In this document: positions 56,990 through 64,000 of the stretch, piece after piece
How the letters are laid out: every line of letters begins with the position of its first letter
Numbering within the stretch: the stretch's first letter is position 1
Assembly: GCA_947450345.1 (NCBI GenBank)
Contig: CANFVD010000001.1
Span: 15,936 to 79,935, forward strand
Source: Actinomycetota bacterium
GTDB taxonomy: Bacteria > Actinomycetota > Actinomycetes > Actinomycetales > Microbacteriaceae
Direction of reading: 5' to 3'
DNA length: 64,000 nt
Translations under genes and position numbers: made by a program
Notes under the pieces: model-generated
Seen by the model: the letters and a program-made list of their open reading frames with translations, nothing else
Database searches by the model: none
What the model was told of the DNA's origin: nothing

Positions 56990-58914
56990 TGGCCGGCCGC
57001 ATTCGCCAGTCGGATGTCGAAGAGGTCAAGGCGCGCACCAACATCGCCGACATCGTGGGCGAGTACGTCTCACTTAAGAACGCGGGCGTGGGGTCGGTCA
57101 AGGGCCTCTGCCCGTTTCACGACGAGCGCAGCCCCTCGTTCCACGTTCGTCCGCAGGCCGGTTTCTATCACTGCTTCGGTTGCGGAGAGAGCGGTGACGT
57201 TTACTCGTTCCTGCAAAAAATGGAGCACTTGAGTTTCACCGAATCCATCGAAAAGCTGGCCGAGCGCATTCGTTTCGAACTGCACTACGAAGACGGCGGT
57301 GGCAACAAGACCGAGACGGGTTCGCGCACGCGCATCCTGGCGGCCAACGCGGCCGCCGCGGAATTCTTCGTGGCGCAACTCGCCACACCCGGTGCGGCTA
57401 TTGGACGCACGTTTCTGGGACAGCGCGGTTTTGACCGCGAGGCGGCCGACCAGTTCGGCATTGGTTTCGCGCCCAAGGGGTGGAACGGTCTGCGTGACCA
57501 CCTCAAACAGCGCGGCTTCACCGACGAAGAGATGCTCACGGCCGGCCTGTTGTCGCAGGGAGAGAAGGGCGTTTACGACCGTTTCCGCGAACGCTTGGTC
57601 TGGCCCATCCGCGATGTGACCGGGCAAACGATTGGGTTTGGTGCCCGCAAGCTCAGTGACGACGACCCCGGCCCCAAGTACCTCAACACTCCGGAGACCC
57701 CGGTCTATCACAAGGCCCAAGTGCTCTACGGTCTCGATCTCGCCAAGCGCGACATCGGTAAGACGCGGCAGGTCGTTGTTGTCGAAGGGTACACGGACGT
57801 CATGGCCGCTCACGTGTCGGGCGTCACGACGGCCGTAGCGACGTGTGGCACGTCCTTCGGAGTCGACCACATTCGCCTCATCCGACGGGTCATGGGTGAT
57901 GACTCGGGTCTGGGTGAAGTGGTGTTCACGTTCGACCCGGATGCGGCCGGACAGAAGGCCGCCGTGCGCGCCTTTGCCGAACAGCAGCGTTTTCAGGCCC
58001 AGACGTATGTTGCCGTTGCCCCCGACGGACTCGATCCGTGTGACCTCAGGCTGGCGAAGGGCGAGGCTGCCGTACGCGCCCTCCTCGACAACAAGATTCC
58101 GATGTTTGAGTTTGTGATCAAACAGGTATTGACCAACTATTCCCTCGACTCGGTTGAGGGCCGAGCGGCAGCTCTGCGTGAGTCGGCTCCGATTGTCGCC
58201 GAGATTCGCGATCCGGCACTGCGCCCGGGATATGCGCGCGAGTTGGCCAACATGGTGGGCGTAGACATCGCCGAAGCTCAGGCGGCCATTACGCGCGCGG
58301 CCAAGCAACTGAGCGCGGCCGGTTCGGGGTCGACCGCACTCAAGCCAACGCCCGTATCGACCGCGACTGCTGCGGCCGCGTCCGGTGGCGGAGATTCGGG
58401 TGCGACCACATCCGACCAGGGCGCGCCACATGAGCGCACCGTCATTGACCTCAATTCGTCGCCGCAAACACGACTCGAGCGCGATGTGTTGATGGCGCTG
58501 ATCCAGCATCCCGAGGCCATCGACGCACACCTGGCGGCCGAAGCTGTCGGGGCGGCTTTCTCTGAGCCCAACCTCGCCGTCATCCGAGACGCGGTGGGGG
58601 CGAGCATGACCGAATACGGCGGTGAGGGATGGGCCGAGCGGATTTTGGCGCACACCCCAGACGACCTCAAGCCCGTCGTCACACTATTGGCGGTTGCCCC
58701 GATTCCCGAGCGCGACGAAAACGCCGTGCTCACCTACTGTTCTCGGGTCGTCACGAGTCTGGTTGAGCGTGAGTTGCTGCGACTCAAGTCGGAGCTCGTA
58801 TCTCGACTGCAGCGCACGGGGGAGAGCGATCCAGAGCTGAGCCGCGCCATCTCTGAGGAGGTTGTGGAGCTCGAGAAGCGTCGCCGCTCACTCAAAGAGA
58901 GTCCACTCTCGTGA
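56989..58914 (+). CDS. dnaG: DNA primase
   Basis: CPFHDERSPSF..CFGC Zn domain, KYLNTPET, VEGYTDV and FDPDAAG motifs. Confidence 0.97.
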   Translation: MAGRIRQSDVEEVKARTNIADIVGEYVSLKNAGVGSVKGLCPFHDERSPSFHVRPQAGFYHCFGCGESGDVYSFLQKMEHLSFTESIEKLAERIRFELHYEDGGGNKTETGSRTRILAANAAAAEFFVAQLATPGAAIGRTFLGQRGFDREAADQFGIGFAPKGWNGLRDHLKQRGFTDEEMLTAGLLSQGEKGVYDRFRERLVWPIRDVTGQTIGFGARKLSDDDPGPKYLNTPETPVYHKAQVLYGLDLAKRDIGKTRQVVVVEGYTDVMAAHVSGVTTAVATCGTSFGVDHIRLIRRVMGDDSGLGEVVFTFDPDAAGQKAAVRAFAEQQRFQAQTYVAVAPDGLDPCDLRLAKGEAAVRALLDNKIPMFEFVIKQVLTNYSLDSVEGRAAALRESAPIVAEIRDPALRPGYARELANMVGVDIAEAQAAITRAAKQLSAAGSGSTALKPTPVSTATAAAASGGGDSGATTSDQGAPHERTVIDLNSSPQTRLERDVLMALIQHPEAIDAHLAAEAVGAAFSEPNLAVIRDAVGASMTEYGGEGWAERILAHTPDDLKPVVTLLAVAPIPERDENAVLTYCSRVVTSLVERELLRLKSELVSRLQRTGESDPELSRAISEEVVELEKRRRSLKESPLS

Positions 58915-59912
58915 CCAGTCCCGCTCAACACCGCGAGGTCCTGGGCGACGAGTTCGCCGCAGCGAAGGCGCCTCGATTAGCGTCAGGTCCTATCGCCGTC
59001 TTCCCCGCCGATTCTGATGCCGGGCTTTTTCGAGACGCCGTCACGCGAGCCGGGGGCAACGTTGAACCGCTGAGTGCCGACACTCGTGGCCTGCTGTGGC
59101 TGAGCTACGCGCACGCCGATCAACTGGCCACCGTCCTTGAGGAGAACCCCCAGATCACGTGGGTGCAACTGCCGTGGGCCGGCGTGGACGCCTATTCGCA
59201 GATCCTCGTCGCGCACGGAGGGCCTGACCGGGTGTTTACGAGTGCCAAGGGCGCGTTCGCGCAACCGGTCGCCGAGCACGCACTGGCCATGGTGCTGGCG
59301 CTTCTGCGCGCCTTTCCTCGCCGTGCTCGCCTCACCGCGTGGGATGAGCGCGTTCTCGGCACGTCCCTCTACGGGCGTAACGTCACCATCGTCGGCGCCG
59401 GGGGTATCGCCCGAGAGCTGATGCGGCTCATGGAGCCATTCGACGTGTCGGTGACCATTGTGCGTCGCTCGGATCATCCTGTGGCCGGAGCTGCCCGCAC
59501 ACTCACGTCAGACCGCCTGGCCGAGGCGCTTCCCGACTGCGATGCGCTCGTGATTGCGGCCGCCCTCACGCCGCAGACCACTCATCTCATGTCGACGCGC
59601 GAGTTTTCACTCCTCAAGCCCGGGGCGGTCGTGGTGAACGTTGCCCGTGGTCCCCTCATTGATTCTCAGGCTCTCGCAGCCGCCTTGCACAACGAGACGA
59701 TTGCGGGTGCGGCACTGGACGTGACCGATCCCGAGCCGCTTCCTGCGGGCCACGCTCTCTGGAGGGCCCCCAACATTCTGATCACTCCGCATCAGGCCGA
59801 CACACCCGATATGACGGCACCCCTGTTGGCTGTGCGCATTGAACACAACGTCCGCGCCTTCTTGGGTAACGCGCCTTTTGTGGGTGTGGTGGACACATCC
59901 GCGGGTTACTGA
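58911..59912 (+). CDS. D-isomer-specific 2-hydroxyacid dehydrogenase family protein
   Basis: VAEHA, GAGGIA, VNVARG, LDVTDPEPLP and ITPH motifs. Confidence 0.9.
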   Translation: MTSPAQHREVLGDEFAAAKAPRLASGPIAVFPADSDAGLFRDAVTRAGGNVEPLSADTRGLLWLSYAHADQLATVLEENPQITWVQLPWAGVDAYSQILVAHGGPDRVFTSAKGAFAQPVAEHALAMVLALLRAFPRRARLTAWDERVLGTSLYGRNVTIVGAGGIARELMRLMEPFDVSVTIVRRSDHPVAGAARTLTSDRLAEALPDCDALVIAAALTPQTTHLMSTREFSLLKPGAVVVNVARGPLIDSQALAAALHNETIAGAALDVTDPEPLPAGHALWRAPNILITPHQADTPDMTAPLLAVRIEHNVRAFLGNAPFVGVVDTSAGY

Positions 59913-59965
59913 TTTTCATTCGACAGGCACCACACTGATAAAGTGGTCTTGCCCGTAAGGTGCAT

Positions 59966-60038
59966 TCCTCGATAGCTCAATTGGCAGAGCAGCCGGCTGT
60001 TAACCGGCAGGTTGTTGGTTCGAGTCCAACTCGGGGAG
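59966..60038 (+). tRNA. tRNA-Asn(GTT)
   Basis: Acceptor stem TCCTCGA/TCGGGGA; anticodon arm GCCGG-CTGTTAA-CCGGC; GGTTCGAGTCC T-arm; CCA not encoded. Confidence 0.97.
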
Positions 60039-60043
60039 CGAAC

Positions 60044-60072
60044 AGGTCCTCTCACTCGTGAGGGGACCTTTT
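60044..60072 (+). terminator. Terminator hairpin between tRNA-Asn and convergent def
   Basis: AGGTCCTCTCAC-TC-GTGAGGGGACCT followed by TTT. Confidence 0.75.
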
Positions 60073-60075
60073 GCG

Positions 60076-60639
60076 TTAGTCCTCGAGGTGGTCGACGCCG
60101 GGCATCCAGGTGTTTCCGGGGACGCCCCAGCCGCGCTTCTTCTCGACCTTGGCCGCGTGGTACGCCTGATCGACATCGAGGCGATCGACGTACATGATGC
60201 CGTTGAGGTGGTCGAACTCGTGCTGCAGGATGCGGGCAAACCAGCCGTCGCATTCAAGCGAGAGGGGAGCGCCCGTTTCGTCCACGGCCCGAAGAATCGC
60301 CCGCTCCGCGCGAACGAGCCCATAGCGCTCGCCCGGGAAGGACAGGCATCCTTCATCGTCGGCCTCGGTGGGCTCGCGTACCTCGGTGGGCGACACAAAG
60401 AGTTCGGGGTTGATGACGACACCTCGGCGGGGAGTTCCGTCATCGTGGGGGTAGTCGTAAACAAAAACGCGCAGTCCCACCCCAATCTGTGGCGCGGCGA
60501 GCCCCACTCCCGGGGCCGCCTCCATGGTGTCGAACATGTCCGCTACCAAATCACGGAGCTGGTCATCGAAGGCTGTGACGAGCGCCGCCGGTTCGTGAAG
60601 TACGGCTTCGCCGCGAATCAGAATGGGTCGAATCGCCAT
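60076..60639 (-). CDS. def: Peptide deformylase
   Basis: GVGLAAPQIG, EGCLS and QHEFDHLNG motifs; start MAIRPIL at 60639. Confidence 0.96.
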   Translation of the reverse strand: MAIRPILIRGEAVLHEPAALVTAFDDQLRDLVADMFDTMEAAPGVGLAAPQIGVGLRVFVYDYPHDDGTPRRGVVINPELFVSPTEVREPTEADDEGCLSFPGERYGLVRAERAILRAVDETGAPLSLECDGWFARILQHEFDHLNGIMYVDRLDVDQAYHAAKVEKKRGWGVPGNTWMPGVDHLED

Positions 60640-60679
60640 GCCTTCAGCGTATCGGGGCGTCGCGCGGTATCGTCGAGGT

Positions 60680-61624
60680 ATGGCCGAAGTCGACATGAAC
60701 GCGTTGCAGAACCTGTTGCCGTACGACCCGACACAGTTGTGGGGAATCCCTTTCGCCCTCGCCGGAGCCGTCTTCATGTCGGTCGGCGCGCAGATGCAAC
60801 ACGCCGGTGTCGGTCGCGTCGGTCGCGACAGTGAGGGCATCGAAAAGTCCGGCCTCAACGTCAAGCAGCTGCTCGGGCTCGTGCGACGCCCCTCGTGGCT
60901 CATCGGCACCATCATGCTGGGGCTAGCGGTGTTGCTGCAGCTCACCAGCCTGGCATTTTCGCCTCTGATTTTGGTTCAGCCCATCGGCGCCGTTGCGCTC
61001 GTCATCACGACGTTCCTTAATGCGCGCGTAAGTAAAGTTCGCCTCAATCGTGCCTCCGTATGGGCTGTGGTCATGTGCGTGGGTGGAATCGGTCTGTTTG
61101 TGACGATTGCCTCGATGAGCGCGCGCAATACCCCCGTGACCACTGACGACCTCATCCAGATCCTCATCATTCTTGGCGTGGTCATGCTGGCGCTCAGCAT
61201 CCTCTACGCCGTCTTCCGCAAGCACGCATCTGCCATCTACTACATCATCGGGACAGGCGTGCTCTACGGATTCGTGGCGACACTGGCCAAGGTGGTGCTG
61301 ACCCGCATCATGCAGCAGGACATGGATGTTCTCACGTGGATCTGTCTCGTGGCTCTCATCGGTGCCGCGATTGTTGGCGGATTCTTTGTGCAGAACGCGT
61401 ATTCCTCGGGCCCACCTGACCTCGTCATTGCGGGTCTCACGGTGATTGATCCACTGGTGGCGGTCTCCATCGGTATTCTCGTGCTCGACGAGGCGGCCCA
61501 GTCTCAGTGGTTCGATATGGCGGCCTACGGTCTGGCGGGTTTCATTGCCATCATCGGCGTCTTCCTGCTGGCGCGCTTTCACCCACAAACGCACGCCGAG
61601 ATCGACCGGGCGATTCGCGACTAG
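60680..61624 (+). CDS. DMT-superfamily membrane transporter
   Basis: About nine TM helices; LVQPIG and TVIDPLVA motifs. Confidence 0.8.
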   Translation: MAEVDMNALQNLLPYDPTQLWGIPFALAGAVFMSVGAQMQHAGVGRVGRDSEGIEKSGLNVKQLLGLVRRPSWLIGTIMLGLAVLLQLTSLAFSPLILVQPIGAVALVITTFLNARVSKVRLNRASVWAVVMCVGGIGLFVTIASMSARNTPVTTDDLIQILIILGVVMLALSILYAVFRKHASAIYYIIGTGVLYGFVATLAKVVLTRIMQQDMDVLTWICLVALIGAAIVGGFFVQNAYSSGPPDLVIAGLTVIDPLVAVSIGILVLDEAAQSQWFDMAAYGLAGFIAIIGVFLLARFHPQTHAEIDRAIRD

Positions 61625-61721
61625 TCCTCACCCCCGGCGGCTCGAGCCACGAATAGACTGTATCCAGGCATTAGGCCACCTCGCCTGGGTGTGACGCCAG
61701 CGAGGGGAAAAGGACTTTTTC

Positions 61722-62942
61722 GTGTCAGCACGACGTGCACCTCAGGGTGCTCACGCACCACTCACGATTGTGATTGGTTGCGACACGTTTGGCCCCAACG
61801 TCAACGGTGCCGCCAAGTTCGCTGAACGCCTCGCGGCGGGTCTTGTGGGCCGGGGGCACAACGTGCACGTCGTCGCTCCGGCATTCGTTGGTGGTCGCGG
61901 CACCACAGCACAGGAAACGCACGAGGGCGCGACCATGACGGTTCACCGTCTTCGGTCCTGGCGCTGGTATCCGCACGACTGGCTGCGGTTTGCGCTTCCC
62001 TGGCGTATCAACCGCAACAGCGAACGAATCATCGATCAGGTCAAACCGGATGTCGTGCACTTCCAATCGCACATCATCGTCGGGCGGGGTCTCTCTATTG
62101 CCGCTGCCAAGCGCGGAATCCGCATCATCGGCACCAACCACTTCATGCCCGAAAACCTGCTCGACTTCACGCTGTTACCCAAGACCTTTCAGAAGTGGGC
62201 CATTTCGCTCGCGTGGGGCGCAGCAGCCAGAACCTTTGGTCGTGCCGAAGCAGTGACGACCCCCACACGTCGGGCAGCCAATTTCCTCGAGGAATACACG
62301 CACCTCACGGATGTCCACGCGATTTCGTGCGGCATTGATGCGCACCACTACGACCCTGACTTCGCACAAGAGGGCAATCACATTGTTTTCGTCGGACGCG
62401 TGACGGGTGAGAAGAAGATTGACGTCTTGCTTCGCGCTTTCGCTGCTCTGCCGGCCGACTTGGATGCCACACTCGAGATTGTGGGCGGGGGAGACCTTTT
62501 TCAGCAGTTGAAAACACTTTCACACACCCTGGGTCTTGACGGTCGCGTCACCTTCACGGGATACGTCACTGACGATGAGCTCAAGGCCAGCCTGCGACGC
62601 GCGCGCGTATTCGCCATGCCGTCGATTGCCGAGCTGCAGTCGATTGCCACAATGGAGGCCATGGCCACCGGCCTGCCCATTGTGGCTGCCAACGCCATGG
62701 CGCTTCCGCACCTCGTCCACGACGGCGAGAACGGATTTCTCTTCGAGCCAAACAACGTTGACGACCTGCGCGACAAGCTCGAGCGCGTGTTGCGCATGAA
62801 ACCCGCTGATCTCGAGGCCATGAAGCGCCAGAGTCTGCGGTTCATTCGCGGTCACGACATCACCCGCACGCTCGACACGTTCGAGTCACTGTATCGCGGC
62901 GAACAGGTGGTCGACCCGGACCCCGAGCTCACCGACGACTAA
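61722..62942 (+). CDS. Glycosyltransferase family 4
   Basis: DTFGPNVNG, FVGRV..EKKID and ELQSIATMEAMATGLP motifs. Confidence 0.92.
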   Translation: MSARRAPQGAHAPLTIVIGCDTFGPNVNGAAKFAERLAAGLVGRGHNVHVVAPAFVGGRGTTAQETHEGATMTVHRLRSWRWYPHDWLRFALPWRINRNSERIIDQVKPDVVHFQSHIIVGRGLSIAAAKRGIRIIGTNHFMPENLLDFTLLPKTFQKWAISLAWGAAARTFGRAEAVTTPTRRAANFLEEYTHLTDVHAISCGIDAHHYDPDFAQEGNHIVFVGRVTGEKKIDVLLRAFAALPADLDATLEIVGGGDLFQQLKTLSHTLGLDGRVTFTGYVTDDELKASLRRARVFAMPSIAELQSIATMEAMATGLPIVAANAMALPHLVHDGENGFLFEPNNVDDLRDKLERVLRMKPADLEAMKRQSLRFIRGHDITRTLDTFESLYRGEQVVDPDPELTDD

Positions 62943-62982
62943 GCCCCACGTCGCGCTTGCGCCCCCTTCCCAAGGAGAAACC

Positions 62983-63459
62983 ATGAAACGGTCACGTGTC
63001 GCCTCGGTCGTGGCGCTGACCCTTGTCGCGGGCCTCAGCTTGTCACTGGCCGGTTGCACCGGTACACCCGCCCCGGAGCCCACCCCGACACCTCTTTCCA
63101 CTATTTCGGCCGAGGCTCTCCTCAAGGCAGCCGAGACCACAATCCTCGACCAGACCATCGCGTATCCTTCTGCGGTTCCGGCTCAGGTGAGCTCGACAAT
63201 CTTGACGGTTCCACCGGGCGTTGCCACCGGCTGGCACTTCCATTCCACCCCCATGTACGCCTACATCCTTGAGGGAACGCTGACGGTGACCTACGACGTC
63301 GATGGCGTCAGCCAAGAAAAGGTCTACCGTGCCGGGGATGCCCTCGTCGAGGCCGTCGGCACGCACCACAACGGCGTCAACAACACTGACTCGCCCGTTC
63401 GCGTTCTCGTGGTCAATATGGGTGCAGCCGGCGTGGCAAACACGACGCTGGTGCCCTGA
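62983..63459 (+). CDS. Cupin-domain lipoprotein
   Basis: Signal peptide with lipobox LAGC; cupin motifs GWHFH...YILEGTL and GDALVEAVGTHHNGVN; AAGGAG SD. Confidence 0.85.
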   Translation: MKRSRVASVVALTLVAGLSLSLAGCTGTPAPEPTPTPLSTISAEALLKAAETTILDQTIAYPSAVPAQVSSTILTVPPGVATGWHFHSTPMYAYILEGTLTVTYDVDGVSQEKVYRAGDALVEAVGTHHNGVNNTDSPVRVLVVNMGAAGVANTTLVP

Positions 63460-63540
63460 CTCTTCTTCAGGAAGTTTTGTTAGACTCACGCCAGACAATT
63501 CGATTTTCGCGGTGGTTCGACACCGAGTAAGGATGATCTC

Positions 63541-64000
63541 ATGAGGCGACGCGCCCTCGCCGTGCTTACCGCTCTCGCGCTAGTGGTTGTGCCTCTCAGC
63601 GCCTGCAGTGCCAGCCCTGATCGGGAGGCGGCAATTCCGGGGGACATCGTCGTGCAGGGTACGAAGGGTGCGGCGACCAAGGTCGCTCCCTGTGGCGACT
63701 ACTCAGAGCAACTGTCGTGCGTCGTTGACGCAGCACAGACTCACGCCACGGTTCTGAACGGAAGCTCCGTCCTTTTTGCCGCGGCAGATCACAAGCCGGC
63801 GTCGAAGGTGACAATCACCAAGGTGTGCTGGTCACCGGCGGGCGAAGTAGAGCCCAGTGAGTGCGACACCGATGGCAAGCCCATGACACCCGGCCTGGTG
63901 ACGCAGACCACCATCTCGGGATTCCCGGCCATTTCTCTTGCCGCGACAAAGATCCCCGACCCGAGCCCCGACGCTCCCGAAGACGGCGTTTATCCGCTCC
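63541..64000 (+). CDS. Hypothetical lipoprotein, runs off the window end
   Basis: Manual translation MRRRALAVLTALALVVVPLSAC...; lipobox LSAC; frame open to 64000; AAGGA SD. Confidence 0.75.
   Translation, partial: MRRRALAVLTALALVVVPLSACSASPDREAAIPGDIVVQGTKGAATKVAPCGDYSEQLSCVVDAAQTHATVLNGSSVLFAAADHKPASKVTITKVCWSPAGEVEPSECDTDGKPMTPGLVTQTTISGFPAISLAATKIPDPSPDAPEDGVYPL

Noticed and set aside
59966..60075. tRNA-Asn as an integration site
   Set aside because: It is followed directly by a terminator and def, with no integrase or direct repeat.
63505..63530. CGGTG-GTTCGA-CACCG hairpin resembling a tRNA T-arm or att remnant
   Set aside because: Loop length and flanks do not fit a tRNA 3' end, and it does not match either tRNA in the window; it is probably an ordinary 5' UTR hairpin.

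Overview
A high-GC actinobacterial chromosome segment; gene order and protein types point to Microbacteriaceae. It is mostly conserved housekeeping DNA: valS/ileS-folC-ndk, rne-rplU-rpmA-obgE-proBA-nadD-rsfS, tRNA-Ala(GGC), pabB/pabC-like genes, leuS-comEA-comEC-holA, rpsT/lepA-hemW, hrcA-dnaJ-rsmE-phoH-ybeY-era, leuA, recO-uppS-dusB-dgt-dnaG, tRNA-Asn(GTT) and def. Recognisable regulatory elements are an ileS translational T-box, a Leu-rich leuA leader peptide, a CIRCE operator, a LexA-like box and several terminators. I found no integrase, transposase, prophage gene or CRISPR array. The most unusual region is about 23.6-28.1 kb. It holds a two-gene cassette behind an SOS-like box: a small protein resembling a stand-alone ImuB C-terminal domain plus a DnaE2 lacking the SRDF tail, with no imuA or imuB in the window. 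A low-GC PH/SHOCT gene with palindromic upstream sites lies next to it. Other points of interest are a bidirectional leaderless promoter with overlapping -10 elements, structured leaders upstream of valS, rne and rpsT, a ComEC that appears to lack its OB domain, and a lipoprotein cupin. All family assignments come from motif recognition by eye; no database searches were run.
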